A stretch of 64,000 nt of DNA, from positions 14,358 through 78,357 of the forward strand of contig JAFVCB010000045.1 in the NCBI GenBank assembly GCA_017479555.1. The letters are read 5' to 3'. The position numbers and the translations under genes were made by a program. This document shows, piece after piece, positions 31,701-41,000 of this stretch. Position 1 is the stretch's first letter. Every line of letters begins with the position of its first letter. The notes beneath the pieces are model-generated. The model was not told the DNA's origin. It ran no database searches and worked only from the letters and a program-made list of their open reading frames with translations. The DNA comes from Bacteroidaceae bacterium. GTDB taxonomy: Bacteria > Bacteroidota > Bacteroidia > Bacteroidales > Bacteroidaceae.

Positions 31701-33302
31701 CTATCTGAGTGGGTATATCTTCTTCCCGCCTTGTATATATATACGGTGTGGTTGGCTTGCCGTGGTTCGCCTGCCTTGCAGATCGTAGGTAGGCTGAGGT
31801 GTGGCGGGGGCAGACAGATAGGGTGTAGCAATGGCTGTTTGCGTATCGTCAGGAATGGTGAAAGCCACTTCTTGTCGGATTTCCCAAGGGTGGCGTAGCC
31901 GATAGGTGTAGGTGTGTCCAGGTTGTAGGTTCTTGAACGTCACGGTGTCGGTCACGGCCTCACCTGCGTGCGCATAGAGATGATAGTAGTGGGTGGGGTA
32001 TGAAGCCGTAGCATCGTCGGGGTCATAGAGCTCGTAGACCACTGTCGTGCCAGCGCGCCCGCCGTCGATGTCTACACGGTAGGGTTGAGCAATCTGCACC
32101 GTGCCCGCTTCGGGAAAAAGAACGACGGGCGTGTCGTAGTTGATGGTGGCCGCGGGTGCGGTGGCGATGCTGATGGGTACGTTGCAGAGCAATGTGCTGT
32201 CGTCGGGGCTGGCATGAAAGAGGCGCTCGCCGTCTTCGTCGAACTGCAGGTGGAGCAATACCTCGCGCGTCTCGCCTGGCGCGAGCGTCACGCCAGTGAG
32301 TCCGTTGTAGTCGCCTTGCACAAAGAGGGCTGTGTCGGTGGGTAGATTGGTGAAAAACTCTATCGGTGTGGTGAGCGTGACGCTGGCCGTGTTTGTCACG
32401 GTGATTTGTACAGGTGTGTAGCGTTCCGTGAGTGGTTGGTCTAAGAACGCTACGCGATCTATGCGTAGCTCCTTTCCCGTCTTGTGATACGCTGTGGGTA
32501 ATTCGGCTGTCACGCTGTCGGGGCAGAGCAGCAGGGCTTGGTGATTGCAGAAAAAGCCTTCGGTCTGCCCAGCTTCTGTGGCCTCGTCCAAGGGTTCGGC
32601 ATACGAGAGGTGCTCCAGCCGATACCATCCGTTGTAGCTGCCGTCGTATCCCCAATTGACGTGGTACAATCCCTTCTCGTCGTCATAGCCATCTATCAAG
32701 AAAGCATGCCCGCCAAGGTGCTGCGTATAGGCTGCATAAACCACGGGGCGGCCTCCGTCAATCTCTTGGTGCAATATAGCGTGCCAGTCGGCGGTGGTAT
32801 AGTCGTAGCTATCCACAAAGCGCGCGTATTTATAGCCGAAGACGCGTTGCAGAGGCTCTACCATACGGCGTAGACTTGAGCCGCTCGATTCCAGACCGAA
32901 ATTCATTCGGGCTGCCACAGCTATGACGTACATCAGGCGGGCTACATAGTGTGTCGTCACGCTGTCGTCGGCTTCTGTATAGCTGTCGCGAATGTCGGCG
33001 GTGGGTATCACCTCGCCTGGATAGATGGTGTCTACGACATAGTGCGTCGTGGCCCATCCGTTGATGGTGTCGAGAACCACCACATCGCGCTTGTAGTAGC
33101 TCATAGCCATTTCTATGGCCGATGCCACGCATCCTGCTTGCGTGCGTGTGGGACTCCATCCGCCCCAGTCGTACCGCCAGTAGGGGCAATATCTGTTGTA
33201 GGGACGCTGATATCCGTGGCGCGAGGTGGTCAGTGGTCCTGTCTGTGCCACACTGCTGAGTGTGGAGATAAGGAGCAGCAGGAGTATAAATTTGCGAAGC
33301 AT
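31701..33302 (-). CDS. C10-family (streptopain/interpain-like) cysteine protease with T9SS-type C-terminus
   Basis: PYNRYCP, AGCVA (Cys), GHAFLIDGY (His), HVNWG; signal peptide MLRKFILLLL at 33302 with TACCTTTG box at 33332-33339; YDLQGR tail. Confidence 0.85.
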   Translation of the reverse strand: MLRKFILLLLLISTLSSVAQTGPLTTSRHGYQRPYNRYCPYWRYDWGGWSPTRTQAGCVASAIEMAMSYYKRDVVVLDTINGWATTHYVVDTIYPGEVIPTADIRDSYTEADDSVTTHYVARLMYVIAVAARMNFGLESSGSSLRRMVEPLQRVFGYKYARFVDSYDYTTADWHAILHQEIDGGRPVVYAAYTQHLGGHAFLIDGYDDEKGLYHVNWGYDGSYNGWYRLEHLSYAEPLDEATEAGQTEGFFCNHQALLLCPDSVTAELPTAYHKTGKELRIDRVAFLDQPLTERYTPVQITVTNTASVTLTTPIEFFTNLPTDTALFVQGDYNGLTGVTLAPGETREVLLHLQFDEDGERLFHASPDDSTLLCNVPISIATAPAATINYDTPVVLFPEAGTVQIAQPYRVDIDGGRAGTTVVYELYDPDDATASYPTHYYHLYAHAGEAVTDTVTFKNLQPGHTYTYRLRHPWEIRQEVAFTIPDDTQTAIATPYLSAPATPQPTYDLQGRRTTASQPHRIYIQGGKKIYPLR

Positions 33303-33421
33303 AGCGAAGCAAGATGCGGGTTTGGTGTGGGCAAAGGTAGAACGAATGCAGCGGTTGCGCAATCTTTTGTGTGAAAAAGTGGGTGGTTTACTGGTGCGTG
33401 CGATGCAGGTCGTGGATTTTG

Positions 33422-34867
33422 TCAGAATAGGGGCGAGAAAATCCTTGTGGCACTCTCCTTTATTCTTCGTTTGAGTCCGCGATGCTGCCATCGCTTGTGG
33501 TCTATCTCGCTGCACTGTTTCTGGTCGGCCTCAAAGCGTTCGCGCACTTTGCAGGCAGTGCGGGTGTCGTAGATGAGCGCACTCACTTCGATGTTGTTCA
33601 GGAAGGAGCGAAAATCCATATTGGCAGAGCCTATCGAGCACCAATTGTCGTCCATCACGATGCTCTTGCTGTGCAGAAAACCACCCTCATAGAGCCATAC
33701 GCGTATACCAGCCGCGAGCAATTCTCCCACGTAGCTGTCGTTGATGTGTCGCAGCATCACGCCGTCGGGTTTGCGCGGCATCATCACACGTACGTCTACG
33801 CCCGTCATAGCTGCCGTCTTGAGCGCATGCAAGAAAGGCTCGGTAGGCATGAAGTAGGGCGTCTGAATGTAGAGGTAGCGACGTGCGTGGATGGCAGCCC
33901 ATACGTAGGCCGTCATGAGTTGGGGCATACTGGTGAGCGGGTCGCTCGTGACGATTTGTATACTGTTCGCTGCGGCAGCTACGTCGGAGGTATTGATGAG
34001 CGATGATGTATCTGTACGAAAATGTTGTGGTTGAGGCTCTGCCGAGTGGGTTACATAGAACCAGTCAGATAGGAATATCGATTCCAGCCTCTCCACTGCA
34101 GCACCTTGTAGCAGCAGATGTAAGTCCTGCCAGTGCATACCGTCCTCGCCCACGTATCGCTTAGCGAGATTCATGCCTCCCACGAAGCCCCATTCGTTGT
34201 CCACTACGCAAACTTTGCGGTGGTTACGATAGTTTATCTTGTGGGTCAGGGCAGGAAAGCGCACAGGCATGAAGGAGGCTACGTGTACACCGCCCTGCGA
34301 AAGATGTTTGAAGAAAGCCGACTTCACCCGCCAACAACCCACATCGTCGTACAACAAGCGTACGTCCACAACCCGTTTCGCAGCGCGTAGTAAGGCTTCG
34401 CCCACGGCGTTTCCCACAGCGTCGTCTTCGATGATATACGTTTCGAGGTAGACGTGGCTTTTGGCGCTGTCGAAGGTTTCGATGAGCTTTTGCACAAAGT
34501 CTGTGCCGCTCTCGAGCAGAACGGCTTGTTCGAGACGGTGGAGCGGCGCACCAAATTCCTCTTGACAAAGTTTCTTGAGCGGGTAATAGGTGTCGTTCTC
34601 TATAGATAGTGTATCTTTGCTACCGCTGTAGGCATCGAGGTAAGTGGTGGTGTTATTGTGGTAGAGCTTGCGTCGCTTTCTGGATCGCAGATTGCGGCCA
34701 AAGAAGTAGAACATCACCAATCCCACAAAGGGCAGAAGCACTATAGCCACCACCCAAGCGATGGTACGCTCGGGCTGACGGTTCTCGAGCATCACCACCA
34801 GCACCGTACCTATTACGATGAGCAGATATAGCGCAGAGACTATCAGTGTCAGTATCGTCGTTATCAT
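33422..34867 (-). CDS. cls: Cardiolipin synthase
   Basis: Two N-terminal TM helices; two HKD motifs (NHRKVCVVD, LHSKSIVMD); GSANMDFRS. Confidence 0.95.
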   Translation of the reverse strand: MITTILTLIVSALYLLIVIGTVLVVMLENRQPERTIAWVVAIVLLPFVGLVMFYFFGRNLRSRKRRKLYHNNTTTYLDAYSGSKDTLSIENDTYYPLKKLCQEEFGAPLHRLEQAVLLESGTDFVQKLIETFDSAKSHVYLETYIIEDDAVGNAVGEALLRAAKRVVDVRLLYDDVGCWRVKSAFFKHLSQGGVHVASFMPVRFPALTHKINYRNHRKVCVVDNEWGFVGGMNLAKRYVGEDGMHWQDLHLLLQGAAVERLESIFLSDWFYVTHSAEPQPQHFRTDTSSLINTSDVAAAANSIQIVTSDPLTSMPQLMTAYVWAAIHARRYLYIQTPYFMPTEPFLHALKTAAMTGVDVRVMMPRKPDGVMLRHINDSYVGELLAAGIRVWLYEGGFLHSKSIVMDDNWCSIGSANMDFRSFLNNIEVSALIYDTRTACKVRERFEADQKQCSEIDHKRWQHRGLKRRIKESATRIFSPLF

Positions 34868-35046
34868 ACTATAACGCTGCGAAGATACACTTTTTTATTT
34901 TACGATTGTGCGTTCGCGGCCTTTTTCATTGGTTTTCAGTCCTCTTATATGCAGATTTGTCTATTTCTACGGGCTTTGCCGCCATCGCTAAAAAGCCCAC
35001 GAGAGCCATCAAAATCAAGCTGCGGGCGAAAAAAATAGCGTTTCAG

Positions 35047-35078
35047 TTTGCATTATATCCGAGAAGTCTATACTTTTG
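35047..35078 (+). promoter_or_regulatory. Canonical Bacteroidetes sigma-70 promoter
   Basis: TTTG (35047-35050), 20-nt spacer, TACTTTTG (35071-35078). Confidence 0.75.
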
Positions 35079-35080
35079 CA

Positions 35081-35166
35081 GTCTACAAGACAATAGACAA
35101 AGTTTTTTCATCTCTATATAAGTTCTGTGAGGCAGCGTGCGTTGTGAAACGGGTGCTGCTTTTTTT
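35081..35166 (+). ncRNA. Candidate small regulatory RNA (~85 nt)
   Basis: Promoter directly upstream; 5' hairpin gtcta/tagac; U-rich aagttttttcat core; terminator gcagcgtgcgtt-gtga-aacgggtgctgc plus T7; no ORF inside the unit. Confidence 0.65.
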
Positions 35167-35191
35167 ATTGCAGGCCTGTCGGCAGGCTTTC

Positions 35192-35338
35192 TGCGCGGGT
35201 GTAGACCCTATGTGTGGCGATGCACCTCCTATCTGTGCTGATATATACCCTATCCTTGCAGATGCATTTCCTTGCTATGCAGAAATACGTCCTACTTCTG
35301 CAGATGTATAACGCTGCTTTCTCGATGTATGTCCAAGC
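35192..35338. repeat. Degenerate 21-bp tandem array (7 units)
   Basis: Units such as tgtgctgatatataccctatc, cttgcagatgcatttccttgc and tatgcagaaatacgtcctact in exact 21-nt register. Confidence 0.75.
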
Positions 35339-35424
35339 TGCGGAGTGGCATATCCCGAAGCATTTTGATGGTTCGTTTCATCATTCTATTCGATGTCGGA
35401 CAAATATTTTTCGGCCTCGGATGT

Positions 35425-35515
35425 ATTCTATAAATTTAGGCTTAGTTTGTGTAAACTTAACCTTAGTTTTTGAAAACTAAGCCTAAATTTTTACAAACTT
35501 AACCTTAGTTTATAA
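35425..35515. repeat. 91-bp AT-rich module of four quasi-palindromic 17-mers at 21-bp period (copy 1)
   Basis: aaatttaggcttagttt, aaacttaaccttagttt, aaactaagcctaaattt (reverse complement of unit 1), aaacttaaccttagttt. Confidence 0.9.
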
Positions 35516-35518
35516 AAA

Positions 35519-35551
35519 AGAAAGCCCCCAGCAAGAAATTGAGGGCTTTCT
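35519..35551 (-). terminator. Probable nadB terminator
   Basis: agaaagccc / gggctttct stem with an adjacent A-run on the plus strand (U-run on minus). Confidence 0.6.
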
Positions 35552-35659
35552 CCTAAAAATGGTCAGTTGGCTTCGGCCATCTTTGTCGGTATGTACGCGC
35601 TGTGTTCTGCTCAGATAGGCGCGAGGGTGGGGGATGGCCGCCGCAGCGGATCGTATGGT

Positions 35660-37249
35660 CTATTTTTGATCCAAGGCATGTCGGGGGTAGTCGAGCGTGT
35701 AGTGGAGTCCTCGACTCTCGTGACGCTCCAAGGCTTGTCGGGTGATGAGATAGCCTACGTTGATCATGTTGCGTAGCTCACAGATGTCGCGGGTGGCTTT
35801 GACGCGCTTGAAGAGTTCTTCGGTCTCTTCGTAGAGGATGTCTAAACGAGTCCAGGCGCGATGCAGTCGGAGATTGCTGCGCACGATGCCTACGTAGGCC
35901 GACATGATTTGGCCTACCTCTTTCACGTCTTGGGCCACGAGTACTTTTTCTTCGTTGGTCATCGTGCCTTCATCGTTCCACTCGGGTACTTGTTCGTTGA
36001 AATCGTAACCGTCTATGTGTGCCAAACTGTGGGCAGCGGCTTTGTCGGCGTATACTACGGCTTCGATGAGCGAGTTGCTCGCTAAGCGGTTGCCACCGTG
36101 TAGGCCTGTGCAACTGCATTCGCCCAATGCGTAGAGCCGACTGATGCTACTCAGTCCGTTGAGATCCACCTGAATGCCGCCGCAAAAATAGTGTTGGCAG
36201 GGCACGACGGGGATGTATTCGCGGGTGATATCGATGCCGATGGACAGGCATTTCTTGTAGATATTCGGGAAATGATGCTTGGTCTCTTCAGCATCTTTGT
36301 GGGTGACATCGAGACAAACGTGGTCGAGCCCGTGTATCTTCATTTCGCGGTCGATGGCGCGTGCCACTATGTCGCGCGGGGCGAGCGATAGGCGTTTGTC
36401 GTACTTCTGCATAAATTCCTCGCCGTTGGGCAGACGCAGTATGCCTCCGTAGCCCCTCATGGCTTCGGTGATGAGGTAGGCGGGGTGCTTCTCGGCGGGG
36501 TTGTAGAGGGCGGTGGGATGGAACTGCACAAACTCCATGTCCTTGACAGTGGCTTTGGCACGATAGGCCATGGCTATGCCGTCGCCTGTGGCAATCTCGG
36601 GATTGGTGGTACTGCTATACACCGCGCCTACGCCCCCAGTGGCAAGCACAGTGACGCGCGAAAGGAAGGTGTCAACCTTTCCCGTGTCGGGGTCAAGCAC
36701 ATAAGCCCCGAAGCAAGCAATGTCAGGCGTGCGCCGTGTCACTTCCACACCGAGGTGGTGCTGTGTGATGATTTCTACGGCAAAGTGGTGCTCCAGCACA
36801 GTGATACGTTTGTCGCGTCGAACGGCCTCCATCAGTCCTCGTTGTATCTCGAAACCCGTGTCGTCGGCGTGGTGGAGAATGCGAAACTCGCTGTGACCTC
36901 CCTCGCGATGGAGGTCGAAAGAGCCGCTCGGCGTTTTGTCGAACTCCACGCCCCATGTAACCAAGCGTTGGATGCCTGCGGGAGCCTGTTCCACCACTTG
37001 GCGAACGGCGGCGGGGTTGCTGATGTAGTCGCCCGCCACGATGGTGTCTTGTATGTGCTTATCGAAGTTGTCGAGTTCCAAATTGGTGACACTGGCTATG
37101 CCACCCTGCGCTTTGGCGGTATTGGCCTCGTCGAGCGTAGTTTTGCAGACCATGGCCACACGTCCTTTGCCAGAGGCTGCCACTTGCAGGGCATAGCTCA
37201 TACCCGCAACACCGCTGCCTATGACAAGGAAGTCAAATTTTCGTATCAT
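35660..37249 (-). CDS. nadB: L-aspartate oxidase
   Basis: GSGVAG, AQGGIA, REGGHS, EFVQFHPT, TEAMRG, LAPRDIVAR, GLHGGNRLASNSL, ESRGLHY. Confidence 0.97.
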   Translation of the reverse strand: MIRKFDFLVIGSGVAGMSYALQVAASGKGRVAMVCKTTLDEANTAKAQGGIASVTNLELDNFDKHIQDTIVAGDYISNPAAVRQVVEQAPAGIQRLVTWGVEFDKTPSGSFDLHREGGHSEFRILHHADDTGFEIQRGLMEAVRRDKRITVLEHHFAVEIITQHHLGVEVTRRTPDIACFGAYVLDPDTGKVDTFLSRVTVLATGGVGAVYSSTTNPEIATGDGIAMAYRAKATVKDMEFVQFHPTALYNPAEKHPAYLITEAMRGYGGILRLPNGEEFMQKYDKRLSLAPRDIVARAIDREMKIHGLDHVCLDVTHKDAEETKHHFPNIYKKCLSIGIDITREYIPVVPCQHYFCGGIQVDLNGLSSISRLYALGECSCTGLHGGNRLASNSLIEAVVYADKAAAHSLAHIDGYDFNEQVPEWNDEGTMTNEEKVLVAQDVKEVGQIMSAYVGIVRSNLRLHRAWTRLDILYEETEELFKRVKATRDICELRNMINVGYLITRQALERHESRGLHYTLDYPRHALDQK

Positions 37250-37269
37250 AGATTTAGTTTAGGTGAGTT

Positions 37270-37343
37270 CTGTCTCCGACGAGCAGGTTTCGCACCCTTG
37301 TTGCCCAACCTGCGATGCCGATGTTTTCGGACAGGCAAAGGTA
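37270..37343 (-). promoter_or_regulatory. nadB -7 box and structured 5' leader
   Basis: TACCTTTG (minus, 37336-37343); nested stems tccga/tcgga and gcaggtt/aacctgc. Confidence 0.45.
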
Positions 37344-37544
37344 CATAAATTTAGTAGATGGGGCCGTTCGTCAAACGAAAAACCCTATGCGCGGCATTTG
37401 TTGGACACAACTCTGTATTGCGAAACGAAGATAGGCTGCGGCTCGGCATAGTAAAGCAAAAACTACGTGTTTTGCTTTTCTCTGCTCTCGCCTTGCACTA
37501 TCTTTGCACATCGAAAAGGAAAAGTGTGAATAGGAACACAAATT

Positions 37545-38021
37545 ATGGTTGATGCTCTCTTTAAGTTCTGTCAAGGCGTGATGGAAGTAGTGGCTGTGCT
37601 GTCAGGATATTCCTATCCGACAGTCAATACACTCGCTTTTGTCTATTTGCAACCCGCTCTACTTATCTGTACGGCGGCCTTGCCCATGTTGTTGATGATC
37701 TTCAAACTTTGGAAACAGCGTACGCCCAAGCGTTTCTCTATCACCGCAGCTACGGTGGTGTGGTTTCTGCCCTTCGCTTTCGGTGGGCTGAAGATATGGG
37801 ATCGCTACAAAGGGGAGTTTGATGCCGCTTTCGACAAACTCTTGGCCGACTTGGGCTATCTGAGCGACATCACAGCCCTGGGTTTCGAGTGGCTGTGCAT
37901 ACTGCTGTTCATCGTCGCTTTTCTCTTTCTCTTCTTGCTCAACGTGTTCTTCTTTACGCTTCTACGCAACACGGTGCTCGATGCGCCCCGCGTGAAACGT
38001 CGCAAAAAAGCGAAGAAATAA
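37545..38021 (+). CDS. Hypothetical membrane protein
   Basis: Three hydrophobic helices and a basic tail; TATCTTTG box at 37499-37506; 19 bp upstream of DUF2723. Confidence 0.7.
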   Translation: MVDALFKFCQGVMEVVAVLSGYSYPTVNTLAFVYLQPALLICTAALPMLLMIFKLWKQRTPKRFSITAATVVWFLPFAFGGLKIWDRYKGEFDAAFDKLLADLGYLSDITALGFEWLCILLFIVAFLFLFLLNVFFFTLLRNTVLDAPRVKRRKKAKK

Positions 38022-38040
38022 AAATACCGCAATAATTGAT

Positions 38041-41000
38041 ATGAAACAGTACAATCTGCTGAACAACGTGACGGGCTGGGTGGTGTTTGCCATCGCTGCC
38101 TTTACGTATTGCTCGACGGTGGAGCCGTCGGCCAGCTTTTGGGACTGCCCTGAGTTTATCTCAACGGCTTATAAGCTTGAGGTGGGACACCCGCCAGGCG
38201 CTCCTTTCTTCATGCTCACGGGCAACCTCTTCTCGCAGTTTACCAGCGACACGTCGCAGGTGGCACTGATGATTAACATCATGTCGGCCTTGCTGTCTGC
38301 ATTCTGCATATTGTTCCTCTTCTGGACCATCACGGCGTTGGTACGCAAACTCGTGGTGAAGGATGCAACGCGTGCCACGCTCTCGCAAACCATCCTCGTG
38401 ATGGGCGCTGGCGTGACAGGCGCTTTGGCTTACACATGGAGCGACACATTCTGGTTCTCAGCCGTGGAGGGAGAGGTCTATGCCTATTCGTCCATGTTCA
38501 CAGCCTTGGTGTTCTGGCTTATTCTCAAGTGGGAAGCCCGTGCCGACGAGGCAGGCAGCGACAAGTGGTTGGTACTCATCTTCTATCTCACGGGACTGAG
38601 CATCGGTGTGCATCTGCTCAACCTCTTGTGCTTGCCCGCCATCACGCTGGTATATTACTATAAGAAGAATCCCCAAGCCAATCTGTGGGGCTCGCTGTTG
38701 GCGCTTCTCATCAGTTTTGCCCTTATTGCCGCAGTACTCTATGGCGTAGTGCCAGGTATTGTGAAAGTCGGAGGCTGGTTTGAACTCTTCTTTGTGAATA
38801 CAGTTGGACTGAGTTTCAACAGCGGTTTTGCCATCTACATATTGGTACTCGTAGCTGTGGTGTTAGCCGCAATATGGAGCACCACGCGCGGCAATCGTAG
38901 TTTGATCAATGCGCTCTTCTTGTTGAGCGTGGCACTACTGGGCATCCCCTTCTTAGGGCATGGCGTAATGGCTATCATTATCGGCTTTGTGATACTTGCC
39001 GTACTGGGCATCCTGCTGTGTAATAAGCATGGTAAGAACTATCTGTTGCGCAAGCGCGTGCTCAATACTTCGCTGCTCTGCATGCTGATGCTTATGATAG
39101 GCTATTCCACCTACGCAGTCATCGTGATACGCTCCACGGCCAATCCTCCTATGGACCAAGACTCACCAGAGGACGTGTTCACCCTTGGGGAATATCTTGG
39201 CCGTGAGCAGTATGGCGACACACCTTTGCTCTACGGCTACGCCTTCTCCTCGCAGCCCGTCAAGATGGATATGTCAACGCGCTATCAGAAGCACGAGAAG
39301 CACGACGCGAGCGAACCCGACCGCTATGACGAAGTAGAAGTGTCGGGCAACTACGTATACCCACGGGCGATGAAGATGTTCTTCCCGCGTATGCATAGTG
39401 CACTGCATAGTAAGGCATACGAGCAGTGGCTGGGTGGTATAGACATGAAGTTGGTAGACGGCGACTGGGAAGGACGCTATTTCCAAGGCGAAATGCCCTC
39501 GCAGGCCGACAATCTGCGTTTCTTCATGTCCTATCAAGTCAACTTCATGTACTGGCGCTACTTCATGTGGAACTTTGCTGGACGCCAGAACGACATACAG
39601 GGCTTTGGTGAGAAAGAGCATGGCAACTGGATTACGGGTATCTCATTCATCGATAATGCACTCTATGGCGACCAGAGCCTATTGCCCGACGACTTGAAGA
39701 ACAACAAGGGACACAATGTCTTCTATTGTCTGCCTTTGCTCTTAGGACTCATCGGACTCTTCTGGCAAGCCTATCGAGGTAAACAAGGCATTCAGCAATT
39801 CTGGGTGGTGTTCTTCCTCTTCTTTATGACAGGTTTGGCCATCGTACTCTACCTCAATCAGAAGCCGCAAGAGCCTCGTGAGCGCGACTATGCTTATGCA
39901 GGTTCGTTCTACGCCTTTGCGATATGGATAGGTATGGGCGTGGCAGGATTGGCTGAGGGCTTGCGTCGATATGTGAAAAACGAAATGGTAGTGGCTGTGG
40001 CAGTCAGCGTGCTGGGTGTACTCGTACCACTGCAAATGGTAAGCCAGACGTGGGACGACCATGACCGCAGCGGACGATTTGCTTGCCGCGATTTCGGTAT
40101 GAACTATCTCTCCACGCTGCCCGAAGAAGGCAACCCAATCATCTTCACCAACGGCGACAACGACACGTTCCCGCTCTGGTATGCGCAGGAAGTAGAGGGT
40201 TTCCGCACCGACGCACGTGTTTGTAACCTCTCCTATCTGCAAACGTCATGGTACACCGACCAGATGGTACGTCCTGCATACGACTCCCCCTCTTTGCCCA
40301 TAGCATGGGAGACCTATCAGTATGTAGACAACATGGGTTACGACGTCTTCCTCGTTAACCCCGACAAGCGTAGTGAGCTCGACGCTATAAAGGCTGCGCA
40401 CCCAGACGTCAATCCATACGACCTGAAGTACATCATTGACAACTACGTGCGCACAGGAAAAATCAAAGACAACGATCGCATCGTCATTCCTACAGATAGT
40501 GTAGTAGTGCCAGTCAACAAAGCTAACGTTATAGCCAGCGGCATGACGCTGCCCAATGGCCCCGACAGTATACCCGACTACATCACGATTTCTTGGAAAA
40601 GCGAGCGCGTAATCAGCAAGAGCAAGATGATGATTTACGAGATGTTAGCCCGCAACGACTGGAAGAGACCCATCTTCATGAGCGTCACCTTGGGGCAGAG
40701 CAACTACGCAGGTTTGGAACGCTACCTCTCACTTGAAGGCTTGGCCTATCGCATCACGCCCTTCGTTTGGAATCAGCAGGTGGATGTTGACAAGATGTAC
40801 GACAACATGATGAACCGTTTCCGCTGGGGAAATGTGTCGTGGACAGGCATCTACTTAGACGAGACAAATATGCGTATGTGTAGGACGCATCGTCACATGA
40901 TGGCACAATTAGCCAAAGCTCTCATTGAGAAAGGCGACAAACAGCGTGCAGCCAACGTCTTGGCCAAAACGATGAAAGAGTTGCCCACCACAACAATCCC

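Noticed and set aside
33303-33515. 71-aa N-terminal extension of the C10 ORF as a prodomain
   Set aside because: Lies upstream of the signal peptide, overlaps cls and contains the -7 promoter box.
35043-35111. Minus-strand 22-aa ORF MKKLCLLSCRLQKY...
   Set aside because: Reverse complement of the plus-strand promoter and sRNA core; promoter and terminator polarity favour the plus-strand RNA, although a peptide is not formally excluded.
35048-35480. 87- and 88-aa plus-strand ORFs
   Set aside because: One crosses the promoter and terminator; both are explained by the 21-bp arrays.
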